64,000 nt of DNA from NCBI GenBank assembly GCA_016223205.1, contig JACRPM010000006.1, forward strand, positions 60,257 to 124,256, written 5' to 3'. The stretch comes from Candidatus Saganbacteria bacterium (GTDB taxonomy: Bacteria > Margulisbacteria > WOR-1 > XYC2-FULL-46-14 > WPAF01). The notes beneath the pieces were generated by a model, which made no database searches, was not told the origin of the DNA, and saw only the letters and a list, made by a program, of their open reading frames with translations. The position numbers were made by a program, and so were the translations under genes. This document shows, in pieces, positions 1-11,385 of this stretch (positions within the stretch are counted from its first letter, which is position 1; each line of letters starts with the position of its first letter).

Positions 1-471
1 GGCACGGCGCTGGCGCTGGTATTCTATCTTTTCTATACTTTCCTGCTCAATCCCAAGCTTTCGGAGATCGATTCCCTGAACCAAAAAGCCCTTTCGTTGA
101 ACTTGGACCTTAAGGTCTCAAAAGAGAAAGTAAAGATATTACAAAGCCTGGAGCTCTTGCCCATGGAAAAGATCCGCGCCAAAAAGACCAAGGAAGAACA
201 GACGCTCGAAGCCCTAAAATATATAACCGGTGAGATCAGCAAGCTGGACCTTAAGCTTTTATCCCTGCGGCCCCGGGCGGAGGAGCGCGCGGTGGGCTCG
301 GCCAAGGCCATCTATTTTGACCTCACCTTTACCGGCAAGTACAATACCATTTATAAATATATGCAGTCGCTCTCCAAACTGCCTATCCTGATCCTGGTGG
401 ATTCGCTCACTATGACGAAAAGTGAGGGGCCCGATCTGGGCGTGACCATGGTGGTCTCGGTGTATTACTGA
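1..471 (+). CDS. PilO/GspM-like pilus assembly protein (5' truncated by window edge)
   Basis: Frame is open from position 1 (TM segment ALVFYLFYTFLL then coiled coil); C-terminal 'GKYNTIYKYMQSLSKLP' resembles PilO; lies upstream of a secretin. Confidence 0.7.
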   Translation, partial: GTALALVFYLFYTFLLNPKLSEIDSLNQKALSLNLDLKVSKEKVKILQSLELLPMEKIRAKKTKEEQTLEALKYITGEISKLDLKLLSLRPRAEERAVGSAKAIYFDLTFTGKYNTIYKYMQSLSKLPILILVDSLTMTKSEGPDLGVTMVVSVYY

Positions 472-986
472 TGAGCAAAGCCGGCAATTATATAATGGCG
501 GCAGGCGGGGTGTTGATCCTGGTGGTCTACATTCTGCTCTATACTCCGCTCTACGATCTGCTGTTCAATGTGCGGGCGGCGCGGCCTAATTTGGCCATAA
601 CCCGGCCGGCCGCAACCAAACCGCTTTCTTTCACCTCTACCAGAGAAGCGGTGAATGAACCCGTAAAACCGCCGCTCCCGGTAGTTGAGCCGGCTCCCAA
701 GTTCGTCGTTTTAAGGGATCCCTTTCAAGTGGATTTTAGCTTTGTAAAGGGGGAAGAAAAGCCGGTCGAGGGCGCGGCTCCCGCCGAAGCGCCCAAACCT
801 ATGCTGGTCTTACAGGGAATTTTCTTGAGCCCGGGGGTGGAAGCGGCTATAATAGACGACCAGGTGGTGAACGTGGGGACCCGGGTGGCCCTGGGATGGA
901 AAGTGGCCGAGATCGGAACCGACCGGGTGATCCTCTCCCAGGGTGGGAAATGGAAAGTTCTTAAGATAAAATTGGGGGTAGAGTAA
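471..986 (+). CDS. PilP/GspC-like pilus assembly protein
   Basis: N-terminal TM, Pro-rich linker, 'RDPF' motif, 'LQGIFLS...AAIIDDQVVNVG' beta domain; between PilO-like gene and secretin. Confidence 0.6.
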   Translation: MSKAGNYIMAAGGVLILVVYILLYTPLYDLLFNVRAARPNLAITRPAATKPLSFTSTREAVNEPVKPPLPVVEPAPKFVVLRDPFQVDFSFVKGEEKPVEGAAPAEAPKPMLVLQGIFLSPGVEAAIIDDQVVNVGTRVALGWKVAEIGTDRVILSQGGKWKVLKIKLGVE

Positions 987-987
987 T

Positions 988-1033
988 AAATGACAAATGA
1001 CAAATTACAAATGACAAATTGGAAATTGGGAAT
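988..1033 (+). repeat. Tandem heptamer repeat (AAATGAC x4, then AAATTGG x2), STRR-like
   Basis: AAATGAC AAATGAC AAATTAC AAATGAC AAATTGG AAATTGG read directly. Confidence 0.8.
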
Positions 1034-2276
1034 ATTAATTTTTCTGGTGATGGTCATGCCGGCGGTGGGAGCACCGGCGGTCAAGGAGGAAACCCCCAAA
1101 GTAAGCAGCGCCGGTAATTTGTCTTTCCGCTTGAAAGACGCCGACATCAAGAACGTGTTGCAGATCTTCGCGCGTCAGTTGGGGATCAACATAGTGGCCG
1201 GCGAAGGGGTTGCGGGTAAGGTTTCTTTTTCATTTACCAATGTGCGGCCGCGAGAGGGACTGGAATCGGTTTTGCGCGCCAAAGGATTTGATTGGTTCCA
1301 GGAAGGCGATACCTTGGTCGTGACCGCCAAGAAGACGGTGCGCACCTATTTGCTGGAATATGCCAACGCCAAGGAAGTCAAAGAAGCTTTGGACCTGGTA
1401 GTGGAGGGCGGCGATTCGGTCTCGAATATCGATTCTTATAACGCATTAATGGTGAAGGCCTCAACCGAGAACATCGCCCGCATCGAAAAAACCATCAAGG
1501 ATATGGATATCCCGCCCAGCCAGGTGCTGATCGAGGCCAAGGTCATCGAGGTCAAATGGAATGACGGGGGGCATGCCGGAGCAGACATCAATTATACTCG
1601 TCCCCAGAACGCCAACGACTATGCCCAGACCAAGAATCTGGCCGAACGGGTCACCGACACCGGCGCCCAGGGATTTTACGCGCATGCCATCACCACCAAC
1701 GTGGAAGCGTTCGTTTCAGCGCTTGAGACCCAGACCGGGTTTAACCTGGTGGCCTCTCCGCGCCTAACCGCCCTCAATCATAAAAAGGCCTCGATCTTGA
1801 TCGGCTCCAAACTGGGCTATCGCACCGCGGTGATCACCGATACCGGCACCGTTTATCAGGTGAACTTCCTCACCACCGGAACGGAGCTTAAACTGACCCC
1901 CCATATTTCAGAGAGCGGCTATGTGCGCTTGGAGATAGAACCAAAGATCAGCGAAGGATCGGTGACCGCCGACCAGCCGGTGGAAAGCACTACCGAGACC
2001 AAGAACGAAGTGCTGGTGAAGGATGGCCAGACCGTGGTGATCGGCGGTCTTATCAAGAACTCGGAAACCCAGACCGATACAGGGGTCCCGATCTTGATGA
2101 ACATCCCCCTGCTGGGGGGATTTTTCCGCAAAACCACCATCAGCAACGAAAAGCGCGAACTGATGGTGATCGTCACCCCTCATATTTTAACGCCGGAATA
2201 TTTGAACGAAATGTCCAAAGACATCAAAACCCTGGACCAGAAAGAGAAAAGTCAGGGGGCGGGGTTCATTCACTAG
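990..2276 (+). CDS. Secretin (PilQ/GspD family)
   Basis: Motifs 'QVLIEAKVIEV', 'SPRLTALNHKKASILIG', 'VKDGQTVVIGGLI', 'GVPILMNIPLLGGFFR'. Confidence 0.9.
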   Translation: MTNDKLQMTNWKLGILIFLVMVMPAVGAPAVKEETPKVSSAGNLSFRLKDADIKNVLQIFARQLGINIVAGEGVAGKVSFSFTNVRPREGLESVLRAKGFDWFQEGDTLVVTAKKTVRTYLLEYANAKEVKEALDLVVEGGDSVSNIDSYNALMVKASTENIARIEKTIKDMDIPPSQVLIEAKVIEVKWNDGGHAGADINYTRPQNANDYAQTKNLAERVTDTGAQGFYAHAITTNVEAFVSALETQTGFNLVASPRLTALNHKKASILIGSKLGYRTAVITDTGTVYQVNFLTTGTELKLTPHISESGYVRLEIEPKISEGSVTADQPVESTTETKNEVLVKDGQTVVIGGLIKNSETQTDTGVPILMNIPLLGGFFRKTTISNEKRELMVIVTPHILTPEYLNEMSKDIKTLDQKEKSQGAGFIH

Positions 2277-3228
2277 CGGGGGTGCGGGTCATAAGGCCGG
2301 CCAGGGCTTGATAGGGATCGAGCCCCTCGAAAAGCACCCGGTTCACCTGCTCGGTGATGGGCATCACGATCTTGTTCTTCTTAGACAAGGCCAAAGCGGC
2401 CCGTGCGGTCGGGACCCCTTCGGCAACGTCTTTCATGGTATTTACGATCTCGGCCAGCTTCTTCCCTTTGGCGATCTCAAAACCCACCCGATGATTTCTT
2501 GAAAGGACGCTTTCGCAGGTGGTGATAAGGTCTCCCATGCCGGAAAGCCCGAAGAAGGTCTCGGTTCGAGCTCCCAGGGCCACGCCCAAGCGCGTGATCT
2601 CGGCCAGGCCGCGCACCAACAGCGCGGATTTGGCGTTGTTGCCCAGGGCCAGGCCGTCGGCACAGCCCGAGGCTATCGCGATTATGTTCTTAAGCGCCCC
2701 TCCCAGTTCCACGCCCACCACATCCGTATTGGTATAAATGCGGAAGCGTTCGCGCATCAGGAATTTCCGCGCTCTCTCGGCGGTGACCACCGCGGCGGCG
2801 GGTTTGCCTTCGGCGATCTCACGGGCCAGATTGGGACCCGACAATGCCGCTATATCACCTTTGAAATATTCGCCGATGATCTCGGTCGGCCTCTTTAAGG
2901 TTTTTTCTTCCAAACCTTTGGATGCGGATATTATCAGCGCCGCCGGATCGATCTTGGCGGCTTGGATCCGGCTTCGAAGATGTTGGGTGGGGACGGCCAG
3001 GATCACCAGTTCCGCCCCGTTTAATGATCTTTCGAGGGAACTTTCGATCTCGATGGTCTCGGGGAGGGGGAAACCGGACAGGTACTTTTTGTTTTCCCTA
3101 AATTTTACCATCTCGGGGACCAGGTCGGATTCGTACGACCAGAGGGTCACCTTATGCCCTCCCTCCGCTAAAAGGACCGAAAGGGTAGTGCCCCAGGCGC
3201 CGGCCCCGATCACCGCGCATTTGCTCAT
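2266..3228 (-). CDS. gpsA: NAD(P)H-dependent glycerol-3-phosphate dehydrogenase
   Basis: GAGAWGT, LSGPNLA, GGALKNIIAIA, GMGDLITTC, SRNHRVG. Confidence 0.96.
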   Translation of the reverse strand: MSKCAVIGAGAWGTTLSVLLAEGGHKVTLWSYESDLVPEMVKFRENKKYLSGFPLPETIEIESSLERSLNGAELVILAVPTQHLRSRIQAAKIDPAALIISASKGLEEKTLKRPTEIIGEYFKGDIAALSGPNLAREIAEGKPAAAVVTAERARKFLMRERFRIYTNTDVVGVELGGALKNIIAIASGCADGLALGNNAKSALLVRGLAEITRLGVALGARTETFFGLSGMGDLITTCESVLSRNHRVGFEIAKGKKLAEIVNTMKDVAEGVPTARAALALSKKNKIVMPITEQVNRVLFEGLDPYQALAGLMTRTPASE

Positions 3229-3800
3229 ATTTTTCTCTCCGTGCCGGCCATCAGGCGTTTGATATTGGGGATGTGGCGGACCACGATCAAGGCCGCGGCC
3301 AGAAGGGAAACCATGGCATAGGGGAGGGGTTTGCCTAAAATGAACATTAAAGTCGCTACCGTAACGGCGCCAAAGATCGAGCCCGCTGAAACATAGCGGG
3401 TGGTAAAAATCAGGATCACTACCAGGATCGCGGTGAAAGCCAAGATGTCGGGAGCGATAACGGCGAGAACCCCTAGACCGGTCGCTGCGCCTTTGCCACC
3501 TTTTCCTTTTAAAAAGATCGAGAAAGAATGTCCAAGTATCGCCGCCAGGCCAACCAGTATCACTTGCAGGGGGTCATTAAGGTAAAATAAAGCGGCCAGG
3601 GTGGGGGCCAGGCCTTTAATAAAATCCAGCACAAAGACCAGTATCCCGACGGCCGGCCCCAAAGTCCGGAAAATGTTGGTGGCGCCGATATTTCCACTGC
3701 CGGTTTTCCGGATATCGATGCCTTTTGCCTTCGCTATCAAATAACCAAAGGGGATCGAACCGGATAGGTAGCCGAGAATGATGAATATTAGCAGGTTCAC
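3225..3800 (-). CDS. plsY: Glycerol-3-phosphate 1-O-acyltransferase
   Basis: GSIPFG, GSGNIGATN, GGKGAATGLG, RHIPNIKRL..GTE. Confidence 0.96.
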   Translation of the reverse strand: MNLLIFIILGYLSGSIPFGYLIAKAKGIDIRKTGSGNIGATNIFRTLGPAVGILVFVLDFIKGLAPTLAALFYLNDPLQVILVGLAAILGHSFSIFLKGKGGKGAATGLGVLAVIAPDILAFTAILVVILIFTTRYVSAGSIFGAVTVATLMFILGKPLPYAMVSLLAAALIVVRHIPNIKRLMAGTERKI

Positions 3801-3814
3801 GGACCCATTATAGC

Positions 3815-3894
3815 AAAAAAAAGACCGGGCTGTCGTCTAGCATTAAGGATCATTGTGGTGAGTTCCTGAAAGCATGTCACGACCAGCCCAGTCA
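3815..3894 (-). ncRNA. Candidate small structured RNA (or unusually large terminator hairpin of the tRNA transcript)
   Basis: GACTGGGCTG-GTCGT pairs with ACGAC-AGCCCGGTC, inner AGGA/TCCT and TCA/TGA pairing, then a T8 tract; sigma28-like promoter just upstream. Confidence 0.4.
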
Positions 3895-3899
3895 TATAT

Positions 3900-3927
3900 A
3901 TATCGGCGGTTTTTTTGGAAAATTTCA
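3900..3927 (-). promoter_or_regulatory. sigma28-like promoter GAAATTTT-N11-GCCGATAT
   Basis: Resembles FliA consensus TAAAGTTT-N11-GCCGATAA; similar motif recurs at 47866 and 52124. Confidence 0.45.
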
Positions 3928-3946
3928 CTGCGGTTAAAAAAGAAAA

Positions 3947-4020
3947 TAGCGGGGGTGGGATTTGAACCCACGACCTCAAGGTTATGAGCCTTGCGAGCTA
4001 CCGGGCTGCTCTACCCCGCG
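3947..4020 (-). tRNA. Initiator tRNA-fMet (CAT)
   Basis: CGCGGGGTAGAGCAGCCCGGTAGCTCGCAAGGCTCATAACCTTGAGGTCGTGGGTTCAAATCCCACCCCCGCTA; cloverleaf, C1 mismatch, CCA not encoded. Confidence 0.96.
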
Positions 4021-4044
4021 ATGTTCATTAGGTGTGAAATTTCT

Positions 4045-4079
4045 TTGAATATTATACGAAAAATGGGTAGAATAGTCAA
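4045..4079. promoter_or_regulatory. Overlapping divergent sigma70 promoters (tRNA-fMet and rpoN)
   Basis: Minus strand TTGACT-17-TATAAT; plus strand TTGAAT-17-TAGAAT. Confidence 0.7.
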
Positions 4080-4082
4080 GCT

Positions 4083-5422
4083 ATGGAGATACGGCACGAA
4101 CAGAATTTAGAGCAGTCCCTCCAGCTTTTGCTTTCGCCAAAGCTTTTGGCCATGCTGCGGGTCCTGGCCCTGCCTTACATCGAAATGGTGGACGAGATCA
4201 AGCGCGAATGCGAGGAAAACCCCCTGCTCGAGGTGGAGCGGGCCGATACCCTGGCCGAATACCTCCGCTACCTGGGTACGGACAAAAAAGCCAAAAAACA
4301 GCTGGACCTGGCCGAATATCCCGGCATGGAAAATGTAAAAGCCGTAGCTCACAACCTCACGGAGCATCTTTTGGAACAACTGAAACTGGTTAACCTTCCA
4401 CCCGGCGTCCTTAAAGCCGGAGAATTCCTCATTGAAAACCTGGAGCCCAATGGTTACCTTAAAAATTATCAAGAGTTGAAGCCGGCAGCGGTAAAAAAAC
4501 TCGAGGTTGATGAAGCGGCGGTCGATCGCGCGCTCTCCGTTATCCAATCCCTTGAACCGGAAGGGGTAGGAGCGCGGGACCTGAAGGAATGCCTGCTCAT
4601 CCAGGTGCGCGAATATAACTTTGAAAGCGAAGAATTGCAGGCTATTTTGACCCGTACCATCGAAAATCATCTCGATGACCTGGCCGACCAGAATTTCGGC
4701 AAGATCGCAAAGGCGCTCAAGATCTCCGAATCCGGCGTGTCCGAGATCGCTAATTACATAAAAGAAAACCTGAATTTTAATCCCGCTTCCGGATTCGCCG
4801 AAGAAGTTCGTCGGATCATCCCTTCTTTCGCCATCGAAACGGACGGTAAAGGGGCGGTTATAGGCACCAATCTCGAAGAGAAATACGGGCCCAAGATCAA
4901 GATCTCGACGGAATATGAAAAGATGCTCAAAGATCCCAAGACCGACGCGAAAACCATTAAATTTCTCAAGGAAAAAATGGAGCGCGTCAAGGACCTGATG
5001 GAGACCATGGCTAGGCGGCAGGGGACCATCGATGAGATCTTGAAGATCATAACCGAGACCCAGCAGGATTTCGTCAAAAAGGGGCCGGCCCACCTTAAGC
5101 CCCTGATGCAGAAAGACCTGGCGGAAATGATCGGGGTGCATCCTTCCACCATCTCCAGGGCGCTAGCGGAAAAATACGTGCAGACCCCGCGGGGGCTTTT
5201 CCCCGCTAAGTTCCTTTGTCCGCGGGAGGTCTCCGGTTCCACTCCGGAGCGTATCCGGTCCATCATGCTTGAAACCATAACCGAAGAAGATAAGCTCCGT
5301 CCCATCTCCGATGAGGAGCTTAAGGAATTGTTAGCTAAAGCGGGAGTGAATATCGAACGCCGCACGGTGGCGGCTTACCGCAAACAGCTGGGGATCTTGC
5401 CGGCCTCCGAGAGGCATAATCT

Positions 5423-5426
<4 letters not shown>
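4083..5426 (+). CDS. rpoN: RNA polymerase sigma-54 factor
   Basis: Q/L-rich region I, 'ENPLLE', 'EPEGVGARDLKECL', 'HPSTISRA', RpoN box 'ERRTVAAYR'. Confidence 0.96.
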
Positions 5427-8065
<2,639 letters not shown>

Positions 8066-8066
<1 letters not shown>

Positions 8067-8332
8067 TGGAGCAGGAGAAGCTAATCGAGGCCATTGAATG
8101 CATCCGCCGGGACAAAAAAGATCCCTGGCGTTATATTTTATTCACTTTTTTGAACGGCATGGCGCAGGGATTGGGTGTGGCGCTGGGAATGACGCTGGTT
8201 TTGGGATTGGTGATCTATTTTCTTACGCTTTTTATTTCCCGCATGGTCGATTTCCCGGTGATCGGCCAATATTTTGAGCAACTCGGCAAGCTGATCGACG
8301 CTTATTCCAAGGCGGCGCCGGCGGTAAAATAA
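8066..8332 (+). CDS. Small membrane protein (DUF5665-like)
   Basis: 'FLNGMAQGLGVALG...FPVIGQY' pattern, single TM. Confidence 0.65.
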
Positions 8333-8333
8333 A

Positions 8334-8750
8334 GTGCTTTTCTGGGCCGGAGCTTTAGCGGTTTTTGCCCTGGACCAGATCACTAAATACCTCGTCCACC
8401 TACGACTGACTCCCAACCAATCCTGGTGGCTTTTTACCTATGTCCAAAATCGGGGCGCGGCCTTCGGATTATTCCAGGGAAAGCGATTTTTCTTCGTGGT
8501 CGCCGGGGCGCTGGTGATCGCCCTGATATTTTATTTTCATTCCAAGTTCAAATCTTCCGACCTGCTGCAGCTCCCGCTGGGATTGATGCTGGGCGGAAGC
8601 GCGGGCAACCTCATCGACCGGCTGGCCCGGCGCTATGTCGTGGATTTCATTGACTTTCGCTTCTGGCCGGTGTTCAATGTTGCGGATACCGGTCTCAATA
8701 TCGGGGTGGGGTTGTTGATCCTGATATTCCTATTGAAAAAGGAGGGATAA
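8334..8750 (+). CDS. lspA: Lipoprotein signal peptidase II
   Basis: DQITK, NRGAAFG, GNLIDR, VVDFI, VFNVAD. Confidence 0.95.
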   Translation: MLFWAGALAVFALDQITKYLVHLRLTPNQSWWLFTYVQNRGAAFGLFQGKRFFFVVAGALVIALIFYFHSKFKSSDLLQLPLGLMLGGSAGNLIDRLARRYVVDFIDFRFWPVFNVADTGLNIGVGLLILIFLLKKEG

Positions 8751-9482
8751 ATGTATCCGATCTTGTTGAAGCTCGGTCCTTTAACCCTTTATTCTTATGG
8801 GCTGATGGTGGCTTTGGGATTTTTATCGGGCATTATCCTGGCGGCTTACCTGGCTAAAAGATCCGGGATCAAGCCGGAGCTGATCCTCGATATCGCGCCT
8901 TTTGTGCTTCTCGGCTCGCTGGTGGGGGCGCGGATCTTCTACGTGATCGAGTTCTGGACAGAGTTCAGAGGGAATCCACTCGAGATCTTCGCGATCTGGA
9001 AGGGCGGGCTGGTATTTTTTGGCGGCTTGCTGTTCGCTATTTTAGGATTGATGCTGGCGGTTAAGCTCTTCAAGCTGAATTTCTGGAAGACCATGGATAT
9101 CCTGGCGCCGGCCACGGCCCTGGGGTATGCCATCGGCCGGATCGGCTGTTTCCTAAACGGCTGCTGTTACGGCATCGTGACCAAAGTTCCCTGGGCGGTG
9201 AAATTCCCGACCGAAACCGTTTTGCGTCATCCCACCCAGATCTATGCCTCGCTTTCCGGCCTGCTGATCTGCGGCATCCTGCTCCTGGTCTTCTTTAAAT
9301 ACAGGAAATTTGACGGGCTGGTACTGGTCCTAGGGCTCTTACTTTATGGGACCTATCGGTTCCTCATCGAATTTCTCCGCGTCAATCCGAAATATTTGTT
9401 CAATCTTTCCGGCGCCCAGTGGCTATCTTTGGTAATGATTTTACTGGCGGCAGCGCTATACTTTAAACTGCGCAGGAGGTAA
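8751..9482 (+). CDS. lgt: Prolipoprotein diacylglyceryl transferase
   Basis: GARIFYV, GGLVFFGG, GRIGCFLNGCCYG, HPTQIY, RFLIEFLR. Confidence 0.95.
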   Translation: MYPILLKLGPLTLYSYGLMVALGFLSGIILAAYLAKRSGIKPELILDIAPFVLLGSLVGARIFYVIEFWTEFRGNPLEIFAIWKGGLVFFGGLLFAILGLMLAVKLFKLNFWKTMDILAPATALGYAIGRIGCFLNGCCYGIVTKVPWAVKFPTETVLRHPTQIYASLSGLLICGILLLVFFKYRKFDGLVLVLGLLLYGTYRFLIEFLRVNPKYLFNLSGAQWLSLVMILLAAALYFKLRRR

Positions 9483-9487
9483 AGATC

Positions 9488-10003
9488 ATGGAAAATATTT
9501 CCGCGGCGATCAAATTGGCGCTCCAAATGGAACATAAGGGTTACGATCTCTACATGAAGGCCGCCCAGAGCACCCTAAACCGGCTGGGACGGGCCACCCT
9601 CGAGGCCATCGCCAAGAAAGAACTGGACCACATCAAAGCCATTGAGGGATTCAGTAAGGGAATAAACCTCACCCAGGCGACCGCGGATATCGATCCCAAA
9701 GACCAAAGCTATTATTTGCGGGAGATCATGGATAAGCTGGCGGGGAACCTCGAAAAACAGGTCAAGCCGGATTCGGACCTCGAAAGGGCTTATAAGGTGG
9801 CCCTGGACCTGGAGAAGGCCTCCTTTGAGCTTTATAAAAAGCTGAACGCCGAATCCTCCGACCCCCAGGCCAAAAAGTTCTTTGAGTTCCTGATGGGGGA
9901 GGAGAATACCCATTTCGAGATCTTATCCGACACTTTGGAATACCTCAACGATCCGGGAGAATGGTACCGCCTGCAGGAAAGGTGGATCGTGGAGGGCGGA
10001 TAA
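9488..10003 (+). CDS. Ferritin-like / rubrerythrin-family protein
   Basis: Duplicated E..Y / ExxH motifs (ELDH, ENTH). Confidence 0.85.
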   Translation: MENISAAIKLALQMEHKGYDLYMKAAQSTLNRLGRATLEAIAKKELDHIKAIEGFSKGINLTQATADIDPKDQSYYLREIMDKLAGNLEKQVKPDSDLERAYKVALDLEKASFELYKKLNAESSDPQAKKFFEFLMGEENTHFEILSDTLEYLNDPGEWYRLQERWIVEGG

Positions 10004-10007
10004 GGGC

Positions 10008-10036
10008 TTGACAGGGCCGTTTCTAAAATCTATCAT
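10008..10036 (+). promoter_or_regulatory. sigma70 promoter of the AbiE pair
   Basis: TTGACA-17-TATCAT; the ORF-track TTG 'start' is actually the -35 box. Confidence 0.7.
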
Positions 10037-10049
10037 ATATGATAGAAAA

Positions 10050-10646
10050 ATGAAACTGCATGAAATACAAAATAAAATAATAGAAAGCCGACTGAAGATA
10101 TTCTCCAAGCTTGAGTTTAAACGCCTGCTGGGAGTTTCCGAATCCTCCGCGCAACAGCTTTTGGAAAGATACACCAAGAAAGGAGTTCTGGCGAGGCTTA
10201 AGGGAGGATTGTACGCCCTGAAGCTGAATTATCCCTCGGGATATTTGATCGCCAATAAACTATACGAGCCATCCTACATTTCCTTTGAAACAGCGCTTTC
10301 TTACCATAACCTGATCCCCGAAACGGTTTATAGCTTTATCTCTGCAACTACCAAGGTCACTAAAAACTTTAGCGTTGGCAATCAATTATTCAAATATCAT
10401 AAGATCAAGAAAAGAGCGTTTACCGGATATAAATTAACGGATGTCGCAGGCGAGAGGGTACTTGTGGCGGAAAAGGAAAAAGCGCTGGCGGATTATCTTT
10501 ATTATGTTTTCCTTAAAAAGAAAAGTCCGAATGAGCGTCTCCGGCTCAAAGGCGTTAAGCGCGATAAATTGTTGTCCTATGTTTCCCTTTTTGAGATGCC
10601 TAATTTCATGAAATGGGTGAAAAATGTTATCCGAACAACAACTTAG
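10050..10646 (+). CDS. AbiEi-family antitoxin / transcriptional regulator
   Basis: N-terminal wHTH 'RLKGGLY', 'PSYISFETALSYHNLIPE', 'AEKEKALAD'. Confidence 0.85.
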   Translation: MKLHEIQNKIIESRLKIFSKLEFKRLLGVSESSAQQLLERYTKKGVLARLKGGLYALKLNYPSGYLIANKLYEPSYISFETALSYHNLIPETVYSFISATTKVTKNFSVGNQLFKYHKIKKRAFTGYKLTDVAGERVLVAEKEKALADYLYYVFLKKKSPNERLRLKGVKRDKLLSYVSLFEMPNFMKWVKNVIRTTT

Positions 10647-11337
10647 CGAAATAGCGATAAAAACGCAAGGCAGTTTCATCAATGTTGCGCGGGAGTATGT
10701 CCAACACCTGTTCTTGAATTATTTTTATGCCCAAGAAAATTCAGGATCGATTTTATTTAAGGGCGGGACGGCCTTGAGGATCCTTTATAAAAGCCCGCGT
10801 TTTTCCGAAGACCTGGACTTTTCTACGCCGATGATCCGGAAGCAAGTGATCGAGGACCTTTTGCAGGAAACTCTGGTGAAGCTCGATCTGGAGGGTATTG
10901 GGATCGACCTTGAAGAGTCGACCGCGACCACCGGCGGTTTTTTGTGCATATTAAATGCTCAAATCGCAAGGCATAAATTTGATATCTCTATCGAGATCTC
11001 TTCCCGGAAGAAAAAGCCGACCGGGCAGCTGATCGTAGTGGAAAATCCCTATATCGACACTTATACGCTCATGTCCCTTAAAAGGGAGGAACTGATCTCC
11101 GAAAAGATAGAAGCCTTGCTTAACCGGAAAAAACCGAGAGATTTCTTTGACCTTTATTATATGCTTCGTTCAAATCTGATGCCCGAAAAGTCGGTTCTCA
11201 AGAAGATATTGCCTATTGTCGAAAAAACGAAAATTAATTTTAAAAAAGAATTGGGCGAGTTTCTGCCCCAAAGCCATCAGCGAATTATTAAGGGATTCCG
11301 GGACGTCCTGATATCGGAAATCAAAAGATATATTTAG
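10624..11337 (+). CDS. AbiEii/AbiGii nucleotidyltransferase toxin
   Basis: FKGGTALR, RFSEDLDF, EKIEALLNRKKPRDFFDL. Confidence 0.9.
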   Translation: MLSEQQLSEIAIKTQGSFINVAREYVQHLFLNYFYAQENSGSILFKGGTALRILYKSPRFSEDLDFSTPMIRKQVIEDLLQETLVKLDLEGIGIDLEESTATTGGFLCILNAQIARHKFDISIEISSRKKKPTGQLIVVENPYIDTYTLMSLKREELISEKIEALLNRKKPRDFFDLYYMLRSNLMPEKSVLKKILPIVEKTKINFKKELGEFLPQSHQRIIKGFRDVLISEIKRYI

Positions 11338-11345
11338 CGTAAAGC

Positions 11346-11385
11346 TTGATTTGACCTACATTATTGTATATACTACATAATTGTA
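11346..11385 (+). promoter_or_regulatory. sigma70 promoter overlapped by two TACA-N4-TGTA operators
   Basis: TTGATT-17-TATACT; TACATTATTGTA at 11357 and TACATAATTGTA at 11374. Confidence 0.7.

Noticed and set aside
3797-3979. 60 aa ORF on the minus strand
   Set aside because: It begins inside the tRNA-fMet T-arm and runs through the hairpin and the plsY promoter; no protein features.
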